Shown: in pieces, positions 51,181 through 64,000 of the stretch
Layout: each line of letters opens with the position of its first letter
How positions within the stretch are numbered: the first letter of the stretch is position 1
Source: Eledone cirrhosa
Taxonomy: Eukaryota
Direction: 5' to 3'
Assembly (NCBI GenBank): GCA_964016885.1
Contig: OZ024742.1
Span: 113,956,001-114,020,000, forward strand
Length of the DNA: 64,000 bases
Translations under genes and position numbers: made by a program
Notes under the pieces: generated by a model
Database searches by the model: none
Told to the model about the DNA's origin: nothing
Seen by the model: the letters and a program-made list of their open reading frames with translations, nothing else

Positions 51181-54100
51181 TTATATAGCTTTCTTTCCCC
51201 TAATCTTAATGCGCCACCATCTTCCTTTATTCTGCCTTCACTTATACTCTCTATCACACAGTAAAATACCGCCTTTATCCTATGACACATACTCGTTAAT
51301 ACATACATGCCTACACATATATATCAAAGTTAGATACTTTTCACGTACACATTTTGAACTTCAGCATTCATACACACAACTCCACACATCACACGGATAT
51401 ACACTACACTGCCAGTTACTTTACACACTCAGAATATTACTTCAACGCATATATACAGTACGCCCATTCAAAATGACGTTCTCTCAAACACACATGTCCA
51501 CTGCCACTAACACCTGGATATACAGATACACTCACTATCTTTGTTCCTTTACACAATATACCTTACAAATCCCATACGTTTAGACATACACTTACACTCA
51601 CACATTAACAACACTGATACACACACACACTCAACTTTACGTTTCAACTGGTTACCAAGGCTACCTAATGATTGTCTTGTTTTCAATCTTCATTTTCAAT
51701 TTTGTTTTTTTTTTGTAATTCCTGGAAAATGTTTCTGTTTCTCCATTGTTAATACTGTCTCTATGTTGTACTCATGAAGAAGGGGTTAAGCACAACATGT
51801 CAACATGTTTTCTTCTCTCAAATATAACGCGTGCAATAAGAATTGTTGTACTTCTGTTCGTTGTTTCTTTGAACTGTGTATTATATTATATTATATATAT
51901 ATATATATTTATTCAGGAACGACACTAGCTTGAACATGAACACGATTTTACACGAAACTAATGATATTCACCTACTTCATCGGAATCCATAAACCTACTT
52001 TAAAATGCACTCCCAGCCACATACCTAATATGACATACCTATTTCTCTTTCTAAATGTGCACCTATGTATATATATTTACATTCATTATATTCAATAGTT
52101 CGAATTGAATAAGTCTACATACTAGAAGGGAAAGTAAAGAATCTAATATAAGAGATAGTTATTTTTCTTATGATTATTCCATTCTACCTAAACAGATATT
52201 TATTTTAAAAAATTGATGATACGATAAAGGTTAAATGTGCCAAGAGAAAAGTTGCTTGCTGTAAACGTTAATCAAAGAAGACCTGGCGTTTAGCCACAGT
52301 TTATCAGAGAATGTTTGGACAAAAGAAAGACTTACAGACCCCTGCTTCTAAAACTGATTAAGTTATAGAGTTATATTAAAGGCGAGAGATGAACACTGTG
52401 TGGTGCGATGTGTAGTGAGTGGTGTGATTTGATGTGAAGTAGTGTTGTTAAATTGATCAGTAGGATGCCAATGTAAGGAAGGTGCATTACTGTTAAAATA
52501 GGAAATTTATTTTATCTCTGACACCACCGTACACACACACTATCTTTACAGGTATCTGACATTGCCTTTAGTTTACATAAAAACATATTTATCATCTCCA
52601 AAAATTAATTCAATACGCATTGCATCATCATCTCAGGAGAAAGGCATCGTTACTGCATCAATACGGCAACACCATACTTGCCGACGTGGTTGTTGCTGGA
52701 TAAAATAGCATGACAGTATATAGAGAGAGTTTAGTGTGATAGCTGATAAACACTAATGCTAATATCATTGTTACCTAGAATTCTATCCGTGTCATTATTT
52801 CTCCTGCTGATCCTCTTGCTTCTGATGATGCTACTGACGCTGGGAAATTAACTAACATTACGAGAGCAAACATGTATAAAATGTAAATATTTCTAACATA
52901 AATATATTATTGTTCTCACTTACATTACATTTCCGTATTCATTCAGGTCCAGCCTTACAAAGCAGTGTGCGGATTTGACGAGGCAATTACGTTACGATTA
53001 TACGCTTATACGTTAATGTTTTTAGAAAGATTTCATTTGGTCAAACAACAGAATGCACATTGTCGTCGGAGGTGAAGCGATTGCAGGAAACATGCTAAAA
53101 TGATGTTAAAACAGAATTTGTTTTGTTGTTTATTAATACGATATCATGACGTAAACGGCATAATAACGCTACAATCACTAGTCACCTGATTTACGAGTGA
53201 AAGTAAGCCGCCAGTTTGTTTTCAAATTATACTTACACGGTAAATATTGAAAGAGTATTACGTTTCAGCCTATTCCTTAGACACAACATAAATATATACA
53301 ATTTTATAGCACTTAAACTTTTCTGTAAAGTTCTTCTCAAATGGATTTCTGTAGGTGCTACATATATACTATCAAAGAAAGAAGATCTAATGTTTTGTAT
53401 TACCCCATTTGTGTTGCTTGAATTAGTTACGCCTAGTGCCTCAAAATCCATTATGGTACAAATCATTGAAACACCATGACCGCACTGATAATATTGTACT
53501 AACACTACCAAAAGTGTATTCGCATTACCAACAGCAACATTTTACGAAAACAAATAAAATAAAATAGTCACATGCTAGCAATACTACCTGTCAGGAATAG
53601 CCGCATTGCAAAAATACTAAATATTTACTAGTGCAGCCACTATTTCACATGCACTAACAGCATTATATATCAAATGGCAAGCATTTCCATCACGGGCAAT
53701 ACCTTAGCACGTTTACAGATATTCTACACATAACTTTTAATGTACCAAATCGAACCCACCAGTATCAACGTTATCAAGTCGGTACGAACTCAATCGTAAC
53801 AATACCCGTCCCGTCTGAAACTTGTCAAAACTGCACCGGCATGATTAACATTAGTTGTACTCCATAAACACTCAATCAATACAGCCTTCGTGGCAAGTCT
53901 ACTGATGATACAACTAAGAACACTATTACATATGCATCAGTAAGTGAAGCCCTACATTTTCAGTGTTCAGTTAAAACATGTATAAAAACGAAGATCATTA
54001 AAAACTCTGTAGTACCGCTATTACAAGTGCTATCCCAATCTTAAGAAGACTGGTATTACTGTACCAACATTATTAGGTAATGTTATTTAGGTTAGCATTA

Positions 54101-54249
54101 TTACTGAGCTAGAGAAAATCTATATCGCCAATAGCTGGTTTTATTATGTCCTACTTGAAAGGGACTTAATACTCTGCAACATAGTGACATGAAAATCGAA
54201 ATCATTTGCTGAATTTGTTTCCGGTCAACTAAACCGATAATTTCGACAA

Positions 54250-55370
54250 TTATGAATGCGATATCTGCACAAAGACGTTTATACTTGCCATATAAACGCT
54301 GTCACAACACCACCCAAACTGTACCAACTCTTCCATTACTGTATGAACAACACCGACGGAATACTAACACAACCACCAATATCACGCCTACTATCACCAA
54401 CATAACTACTAGCAGCAAGTACATAATACTTATATCTATATGGACAACAGCAACACTATATTTATCAACATTACGATCATTACCCCTTCTATCAAAAAGA
54501 CGAACAACTCCACCAAACCTTAAAACACCTAAACCGAAATCAAGTTTCCCAACACAAATCTAACTACCAAAACCACCATCGAAAGCTCGACCATGAAGAG
54601 AACATCTATCCATAATATTACCAGCAAACCTAATATTAGTGCCAACGCTAAAATTTACGGAGAAACCTATATTTTCATCCACATCAAATCCGCAACAACT
54701 TTAACTACCTATATGACCGATAACATTATCACCTCAACTTGTTCTAACAGCGCTAACATGATCAATATTAAACTCCCTTATACAACAAGCAGCAATCATG
54801 TCTCAGTATCACAACCACCACCATCAACACCACCAACAAGAACAAGAAGAACAAGAACAGAAAACTCAACTATCCCTCATACGAGAACCATTAATACACC
54901 AATAACAACATAACTGCTACTATTAGGACCGCCTCTATAATCAATACTACCAGCAATACCATAAATATGACCATTGACAACACAAATACCATTAACACAT
55001 GTAACGTCAGTATCACAAATTTGACCATCGATAAAACAAACAACATTAACACATGTAACTTCATTACCACAAATTTCACCACACCCATTACTACAACAAA
55101 TAGTTGCGCAATCACATAAGCAACGTTAAACATCTCTACCACCACTATCACCAATACTATGAATACCACAACTACCACTGGCTACTACGATCGGTATCAC
55201 CAGCATTTCTTCCACTATTAAGAAAACCATCACCACCATCATAACCCTAGAAAAATACTTCCATCCCCTTTGCAACTAATGTCAATATCACAATAACCAC
55301 CAATTCTACTAACATCACAATAATATTACTATCACAATTGCGACCTCTACTACCATTATTTCCAATTATT
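54250..55370. repeat. Degenerate ACC/AAC/ACT-rich low-complexity tract
   Basis: Thr-rich short ORFs with scattered stops. A similar tract lies at 1250-1870. Confidence 0.6.
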
Positions 55371-55451
55371 TCTTCGATATATCCTCTATATTTTGTACTG
55401 TCTACATTCAAAACATTTTCGCTATGTATACAAACATACATACATACATCT

Positions 55452-55504
<53 letters not shown>

Positions 55505-55507
<3 letters not shown>

Positions 55508-56110
55508 TGGCTGCCAACTCGTTTTCGAGTTCGGCCACTAATTTATATCCATGTAGGAGAACCCCTGCCGATGCGCTGAACGAGAGTGACTTTTTAGTCC
55601 ACCCAGCGACTTGAAAACTGTGGTACAAACACTACACTTGTGACAATTAATGACACATAGTGCTGGGCCCATGGTACCATGTGACGACAAGTGCAGAGAT
55701 CTCCAGATATAAAGCAATGCTTGTGCCGTGAAGCTTTTATAGTGAGCAAAGGCACTGCAAAAAGCCAGTCCCACACCCTTAACCAAGATGATATTTAATA
55801 AAAAGAAGAGCAAGTCAACATCATTGGATACCATCACGATTGCAGGTGTTATATCAGAGTTTTCCTTCTCCTAGAATTATGCCTTGACAAACGCAAAGGG
55901 GTTATCTCTCCCGGTGATTTTGGATGGACATTGACTCTTAAGAGGTCCTTTGCCCTTTGACAAGTTTTGGTTTTAGTCCTGTAGGATGTCCAAAGCCACC
56001 TTCCTCGCCAAGGAAACTTGGTGGGGGTTACCAGTTTAGACGCCAACGACCCGACCATCAGACAGGTTGTACTGGGATACATGTTACCAGTAGCACCAAC
56101 TGGTTACCTG
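55505..56110 (+). mobile_element. Probable RTE-type LINE 5' UTR fragment between TA tracts
   Basis: GC-richer block with ttaagaggtcc...ctgtaggatgtcca.agccaccttcc...aacttggtggggg.taccagtttagacgccaacg. This resembles RTE 5' ends from memory and is unverified. Confidence 0.4.
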
Positions 56111-56114
56111 ACAT

Positions 56115-56552
<438 letters not shown>

Positions 56553-56682
56553 GTTATTCCGGGTTGAATCGGAGGTAACCACAGTAAGTAAGGAACTCAA
56601 TACAGTGCAGAGTATAAATGTTTTAATATAGATGAGATTCTACAGGACTAGAAATGTTTCATTCTTTAGACATCATCAGGAT
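56553..56682 (-). mobile_element. PLE pLTR end with hammerhead core
   Basis: Homologous to 33207-33348. Reverse complement reads CTGATGA-tgtctaaagaat-GAAACA...TGTA. Confidence 0.6.
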
Positions 56683-56683
56683 T

Positions 56684-57064
56684 ACGTATATACTTACCTT
56701 ATGCATATTAACTCACCGTTAATATGCATAAGGTAAGTATATACGTTCAACAATCTGGCAAGAAGGTATACGTTGCTGACGATATCTAATAAGCTTGAAA
56801 CTAGTACAGCGTTCCTTTGTCAGTGTTGAACAAATGAGCAACGATGGTTGCTAGACACTACGGTTTAATACGGGATGTTTGTTTACAAACACACCGAGCA
56901 TTATAATAAATGTTCGGTGAATCCATACGTACATATATGTATGTGTGCATGTATACATACTACTGTACGTCTGTATACATATATGTATGTACGTGTACAT
57001 ACTTTTATTTAAGTAACAGCCGTACTAAGTGTGGGAAATGAAATTTCGTTTCATTTCTTCCGTT

Positions 57065-57066
<2 letters not shown>
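56684..57066 (+). repeat. Further copy of the 48460-type hammerhead repeat; HHR at 56771-56811
   Basis: cgttg-CTGACGA-tatctaataagctt-GAAAC-ta-GTA-cagcg. The copy ends in (TA)n. Confidence 0.82.
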
Positions 57067-57100
<34 letters not shown>

Positions 57101-57468
57101 GAGTTTAGGCATCGACTGTATATATATTTGTCTGAAGATATGTACGAATGTGTCTCTATATGCATCACCCCACGGATGGATGTGGACATGTTTTTGTGAA
57201 TCTGTATTTGTTCGTAATGATATATATGAGTGTATAATTCATGACCAAACGCATATATGTATAGATGGCTGTGAATATTTTTATGTGTCTATAGGCATGT
57301 CTGCATGTTTCTATATATCAACTTATGAATATATCAACGTATATCTGCATATCCTGACTACATTTGTTTGTATGTTTATATATGTATGCGTTTACACACA
57401 TACACACACACACACATACACATACGCACACACACACACATACGCACACATACGCACACGCACACACC

Positions 57469-57500
<32 letters not shown>

Positions 57501-60356
57501 ACACACACACACACACATATATCTCAATTCCAATACACCTATAATCACACATTTCTCTACGTACCTGTATTTGTCTATGTCCTTTATAGTGTTATGAATA
57601 ACCAATCATGTATGCTATCCTGAACCACTTCTGTGCGGGTGTGCATGTGTCAGTAAGTACGCGTGTTTATTTTCTTATTTTTCATATCGTCTGTCTCATT
57701 TCTCGTACTATATATTTTTTTGTTTCACTTTTGTTCCGAAGAAGGTGTGTTCTTTTTAGTGTTATGGAAAACATAAACCAAATATAGATACAAATAATAG
57801 TGTTTATACAAATAGAGTAATCCCTCACGTCTTTTCATAAAGACTTCGAGGCCTAATGGGAAGTGGGGTATAATAATTCTTTGTTTTTCAAAGTCAAGTT
57901 AAAATGAAAAGAATTTCCTTTGGAGAATAATACAAGAATGGTAATTCCTTCCTCAAACATATTATTATATGAAAAAAGAATATTTTATAGAGAGTTAGAT
58001 AATGTATTTCCATAAGCTATTGAAATAAAGACAACAACATTATACCATTAGTATATTTTATGATATATATGGATAGTAATATAGACTATCAGAAACTGTA
58101 AAACGCAGCGAAGAACAAATCACTGGTTCAATGAACATATCTTATTTTACATAACAGCAGTTTATTTAACTTTCCAATCCCTCCATCCCTACAGAGCTAT
58201 AGACTGATATTTAGCAACACTTCAGATATAAAAAAAGCACTTATGTGCTGCTAACTAGCTACTAATTGCATTAACTCCTACTTTCTCAAATTTAATGGAG
58301 GCGTACATCATGAACAGCATTCTCCTAATGCTTTCTTTTCTTAACGGACATAAATTGTCAATCACCAGGAGGATTTCTACTTAACAGATTTGGTGAAAAC
58401 ATGTTCTGCCCCCTTTCGGCAGCAAAGTGCATGATGGGGTCTGGCATGGAAATATCCTCTTAAAAGTGCCAGTATATAGGACCCATATATATATATTACT
58501 ATTAGTGTTGTTTCGTCCAACGTAATTCTTATATAGATTATCCCAATAAAATGAATTTTAGTTGTGGCCATACCACACTCTTATATATACATTTTCTAAG
58601 GATATCCATAATTATAATGAGTTGTTCAGTGCCGATTTGTAGCGTGTTGTAGATCGACGTCAGCCCAAATCCAACGGATATATTAGCAAATAGTTTTCAA
58701 CCATATATTCTTCATCCTTTTTTTTTTGCTTATAATAGTTACGATTATCCAGTGTCCGTTCACATTTACAAATGAATGGTATGTGTGTGTTGGAGGGAGA
58801 GTTGGCTGATATGTCTAATAGATTAGATCTAGCACCAGCATAGAGTTATTCACTTTTGCTCATCATATAGACTATACTCTTTATTTACAAGTTCGAAGTT
58901 ATGCTCAAGAGTTTCAACTTTTTCTCCAATTCTTTTATACAAAATATCATTCCATTTATAAGAACATAGGATAACATTTGGGCTTTTGCCATCGTTTCCA
59001 ATACGTGGAAAAGGGCTATCTGGCTTTTGGCCAGATGCGTTTGTCAGTGGATATTTGTGTATCAATTATATCGCATTTGGAAAAAAGAGAAGAATCATGT
59101 TGTGTTCCAGATGAATCGTACCCAGAACATTAAAGAATACTTTAATGTCTCATGTACAACTAAATCATTGTTCTGATAAAATGAATGCAAACATATCTAT
59201 TGCTATGTGTGTAGAAGTTTATGAATCAACAAGACTTATGGAGAGCCTTCGATATATGATTAGAGATATTATTAAACAGCTATTTATCGTGCTTAGATTA
59301 TTACTTGATGTATACAGTTTATATGATTATTTACAATTTTATTACGTTGGAATATTTCTTTTAATTTTCTGCTCTTTATTTCACTTGAATTATTGAGATT
59401 AATATAAATCTGTGAGAAGTTATTTTTTTGTTTTTTTTTCAGAATAATGTTTTTGTAAAATTACTATATTAGTCTTCGTTTCTAAAATGCCTTTATGAAA
59501 TATCCAGAGAAAACATATACAATCACTAAGCATTAGATTTCTTTTTAATGCAACTGTAAACGAGTTTGAAGTGTTCAGTTGGGCACAGTTCGAATATAAT
59601 TCTTGTTTATTTTGCACGAAACCTGCTTGCTAGGAGAATATAATAGGACAGAATAGACACACGAGGACAAATTCTGAATGAATAGGTTAAAAAGATAAAA
59701 ACATGATCATAAAGTGCTGATGGGTTTCTTGTTATTGTCGATGTTGCTTTTAACAACGTTATCGATTTTTTGGTAATGCCTCTGATACTAATGTTTTCAT
59801 TCGTGTTTGAAACCAAAAGGGACAATCATCTAAGCATCTACTTGATATTTGCTATGCTATTAGTTGTAAATGTATATAATAAAGCAGTAAACTTACTAGA
59901 TGATGACTTCAAAGTTTGGGTAAAAATTGAAAATGAAAACAAACATAAAAACACATATTAGGATAGTGTATTTAATGAAGACACGTATTAGGATAGTGTA
60001 TTTAATCTAACTAATCCTCAAGGGGAAAGGACATTTAAGATGAGAATAAAGAATATATGGAATATCACACAAAAGAGAAAATCAAAAAGATGTTCGCAAA
60101 GAAATAATCACTAGTGAAGTAATTGCTATTAGTCCAAAGAGAGGGACGAGTATTAACTCGGTATCTGCTTATAGATTCATTCAACTATTCCCGTCACTTT
60201 TCAATGGATAAGTTTATATAATATTTTCATTCAAAATATCTTCGCAGGTATTGATAGAATAAGTCAATATTACTACGACAGGGTACATACAATATTACTA
60301 CGACAGTATATATACATCTATATATATACATATAAACACACATACACATATGTATG

Positions 60357-60419
<63 letters not shown>

Positions 60420-60428
60420 ACGCGCGCA

Positions 60429-60461
<33 letters not shown>

Positions 60462-60699
60462 GTGCGTGCGTGTAGATGAATATACACGGGTGTGTATGAT
60501 TGTGAATAGAAGATTATATTAATAAAAGGAATTCCAACTTTGCCTGATTAACTCGTTTTATTTACAATCCTTTAAAATGATAATGATATTATAATGAAAT
60601 AGTGTGGTAGAATATTAAATGTTAATTGAACAAGTACTCTCATGCTTTCGCAATCTTCAGGTTCATATTCTGTGGTGACAGTCAAGTTTGCAAACATAG

Positions 60700-61330
60700 A
60701 CACATTGTCCTATTACCACTTAGGAACTTTGGCCCGGACAAACATCCCCTCAATTTTGCAACCATCTGGATTGTCCTGAATTGATGGGAAAAGACTTGGC
60801 GGTCTTACTCTGTGCTCCTGGTTAAGAGGCATGTGCCTTACCTGGGACATCACAGTTAGTGACTCTTTTGCTTCTTCCCACATTCTGGATGCAGCGGTAA
60901 AGCCAGGAGCTACAGCATCCGTAGCTGAACGGAGCTAAATCCTATAATACCGTGTACTGTCATGTATCTGCATTATCAGCCTGTGGCGTGCGAGACGTTT
61001 CGGGTGTCGGGCTACTGACATGGAGATTCGTATCTTCACTGGCGGCTCGCCAAACAGAGGTAACTGGTGATGCTCGTGAGGGCACTTGGTTGTTCCAGCA
61101 CCTCAGCGTCGGCATCAACCCAGGTTACGCTGCGAGCGGACTGGCCTGCCTCAAAAAATATTAGAGGTTTCCCTTCCCAATGACCCTCATTATATTGCTA
61201 TCTCTTGTCCTGGTGGCGGCTCGTTTTTTCCACTCTTTCGTCTGTATTTTGTTCTATGTGGTCTAAGATGTGAATATTACGAACTTGTGTATTCTTTCTC
61301 TTTCTTTTCTCCTTTCCACTTCCTTTGTAT
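60700..61330 (+). mobile_element. 3' fragment of CRE-like RLE non-LTR retrotransposon
   Basis: DGKRLGGLTLCSWLRGMCLTWDITVSDSFA and TGDAREGTWLFQHLSVGINPGYAAS match the DGKRPDG.T..PW..G....WD.T and QRLS.AIQRGNAA pattern. Confidence 0.7.
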
Positions 61331-62077
61331 ATACTATTGGTACTATCGGTAGAGGGTCGGTCGCCATTATTTCCAACATAGTTACGTCCCTTTACGGTCT
61401 TAGTTCAAATACCGTGAGGTTAACTTTGCTTTTCATCCTTACGGGGTCGATAAAATAAAGTTCCAGTGATACACTGGGATAATTGCTGGCCTTGTGCCAA
61501 AAGTAGAAACAATTATGTGTTAATGTTTTCGTTCTGTAAACATTATATTAAATGAGTTTTAAAAAAAAAAGAGTTAATAAATAAATAAAGAGTTAATTAA
61601 TAAATAAAACGTTATACTTGTTTTACCCTCCCATTTCCATTTCACCGAACGCTATCATGACTGTATGTGTGTGTTTATGTAAATGTATATATGTGAATGT
61701 ATGTATGTTTGTGTGAAAGTATGTGTGAATGTATGTGTATTTACGTGAATGTCCGTGACGAAAACTTACACACGCACGCAAACTTACACACTTACACACT
61801 TACACATATTGATAGATTTTACTTTCTGTGGAACGCTGCACGCACGCACATACTCATAAACATAACGCGCACGTACATACACACGTAGACATATTAATAG
61901 TTACAGCGTTCACTTTGCCTCTCTGTTTCTTATCTCCTCTCCAACTCCCTCATTAGCATTATGCGTATAAATATAAGTTTGGCGTCGTTGAGGAGGCAGA
62001 GTCGTTTGAAACCTATGAACCAATGATAATCGAGAATTATGACACACGGAATACTGATGTTGTTGAAATTAATATAT

Positions 62078-62440
62078 AGACTAGCTGACGTACCCAGCTT
62101 CGCCTGAGTAAACAGATGATAAGAGAAGAGAGATAAAAGAGAAAATGACTGTATTGGATATTTGTCTGGTTACAGCATGAGGCGAGTCCGTGGTGTCCGT
62201 GTGATACACAAAACAGTAAAAAAAATTCTTCCAGATATACCAGATTCTTCGTTGTTACGTTTGTGCATAGTAATTGAACAATTCTAGGTGCTCCCATTTA
62301 GAATAGTGACATCTAGGAGATGGTTCATCTTCTACCTGACTGTAAAACGTATATCATTGCATAGACGTGGTTGGTCCACGTTTCTCAAAAGGATGATGGA
62401 AGTTCCAATCTTTTATATTATATGTAGATATAGATATAGA
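62078..62440. mobile_element. Possible non-autonomous Helitron/Helentron-type element
   Basis: Has an actagctgacgtacccagcttcgcc end and an aatcttttatattatatgtagatatagat end. Recognised from memory only. Confidence 0.3.
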
Positions 62441-62829
62441 TGATTAATATAAAAGATGTCCGTCAATATAAAAAAGGTCCCTATTTACTTGAAATGGGTT
62501 ATACAAATGCCAAATTAATATGGATATGGATAACATGCTTATCTATAAGTGGTCAGCTATAATAATAAAACAACAAATTATATGACACAAACATTTATTC
62601 GGTAATTTACAGGATTTTAGCCACTAACTAATAGACAGTCAATATTGCCCAGATTTTTACTCGGGGAGGTGGTCGGGTTTGAACTCTAAATGGCGGATCC
62701 TTCTACTTCAAAAATAGAATCGTTTTTTCAATATTACTCTAGCCCTGGTCGGCCATAGGCACCAAACTGTTTGCCAGACTCAGCATATGATGAGGTTTTA
62801 TTACCACCGCTATCAGAAGCGATAAATTT

Positions 62830-63180
62830 GATGGCAATTTCTACCAATACTTATTGGTTGTTATTGCTCATTATCTACAATACATGACATTGAACAGAAA
62901 ATATAATTCTGTCAAAGCTCACAACACTGATCAAAGGACAGCTATTTCTGAATCATTTACGTCAAATATTCATAGCAGTGAAGGCAATTTCTACCAATAC
63001 TTGTTGGTATTTTTTGCGCAACATAACAGTGAAAGCAATTTTTACCAATACTTCTTTGATTTTATTGCTCATAACGACAATAAATGACATTGAACATAAA
63101 TGATAACTCTGTCAAATCACACAATACTGATCAAAGGACACCAATGTCCAAATCATTTACGTCGCTTATTGATAGCATTA
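62830..63180. repeat. Short degenerate local duplications
   Basis: gcaattt.taccaatactt occurs three times, and atgacattgaaca...ctgatcaaaggaca occurs twice. Confidence 0.7.
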
Positions 63181-63189
63181 AAGATATTC

Positions 63190-64000
63190 ATACATCAGCT
63201 CAAAGGTTCATTATAGACAATATCAGGGTTGTTCCTCTGTTAGTGGTATCAATTGCAAATTTTACACCATGAGGATCGCACACTCGATATGCAGCAACAT
63301 ACAGCTGCCCATGGCTGAATGCTGGATGATTCAAGTAGACGCCGACTCGCTTTAAAGTCTGTCCCTGTGCCTTGTTGACAGTCATGGAGAAGACCAAATT
63401 GACGGGAAACTGTCTCCTTTGCCAAATGGATGGCAGCAGATCTTCACTAGGTCTCATCATGATCCTCGGAATGAGAACCGAGGCCTCTGAGCCTGGGAAT
63501 TTAGCCTCTAAAACGCTTCCGTTAATCAACCTCTCAACAATCAATATGGTACCATTGCAAAGACCCATTTTATGATTGATATTTCTAAGCAATATAATCG
63601 GCATACGCTCTTTCAACCTCAACATATGTGGGAGGAATCAGGGTATTTGAAGTGAATTCAGATACTCAGTCGGAACATCCATATTGTTCTGCTAATTAGG
63701 CTCCATTGCATCCGCACTGACGGTCAACCATTCCTCTCCAGGAAATATTCCGGCTACTTGTGAATATATTTCATCGACCGTTGCATTCGTATGAGTTAGA
63801 ATAACGCGTTCCGATATCCAGGACATATTCTGCCAAAAACATTCAAATTAGGGAACCCCCAGTCAATCAATGCTTGGCGGTCCAGTCGCATGACCAAATG
63901 GTATGGGATACTTACAGTCTGATTATCACCAACGTGTGGAAATTCATCGTCTCCCATCTGCATCAAACATTGGCTAAGTGTCAGCCGCTTCGCTTAGCCC
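63190..64000 (-). mobile_element. Helitron RepHel PIF1-like helicase C-terminal fragment (pseudogenised, runs off the window)
   Basis: LRLK....ILLRNI...GLCNGT...V, IPRI, RRQFPV...FSMTVNKAQGQTL..VGVYL...FSHGQLYVA..RV. Confidence 0.9.

Noticed and set aside
51765-51840. ATGAAGA...hairpin (and CCGAAGA at ~57736) as pLTR hammerheads
   Set aside because: Both core halves are too degenerate to support a call.
53216-53511. Possible host exon
   Set aside because: There is no recognisable domain or convincing splice context.
54252-55178. Mucin-like Thr-rich gene
   Set aside because: Stops occur in all frames, consistent with a decayed trinucleotide repeat.

Overview
This is an AT-rich eukaryotic window with long (TA)n/(CA)n microsatellites. 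The SINE family and repeat landscape look cephalopod/Octopus-like (inference). I found no intact host gene; the window is mostly decayed mobile elements: R4/Dong-type and CRE-type RLE LINEs, RTE pieces, a hAT (GTF2IRD2/SPIN-like) transposon, a Helitron helicase, SINEs and several Penelope-like (PLE, GIY-YIG) elements. The main signal is a 16.7 kb array of 36 near-identical 468-bp units (27 in one orientation, 9 inverted). Each unit carries an intact minimal type I hammerhead ribozyme (HHR) within a highly self-complementary non-coding sequence, which makes it a candidate non-LTR retrozyme (circular RNA) array. Diverged relatives with compensatory stem changes and several other HHR-bearing repeat families occur nearby. 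Many share one architecture with the local PLEs: two divergent arms with 3' ends running into (TA)n tracts. This points to PLE-driven copying of ribozyme RNAs into TA microsatellites (inference). All structures were read by eye, without folding or database searches.
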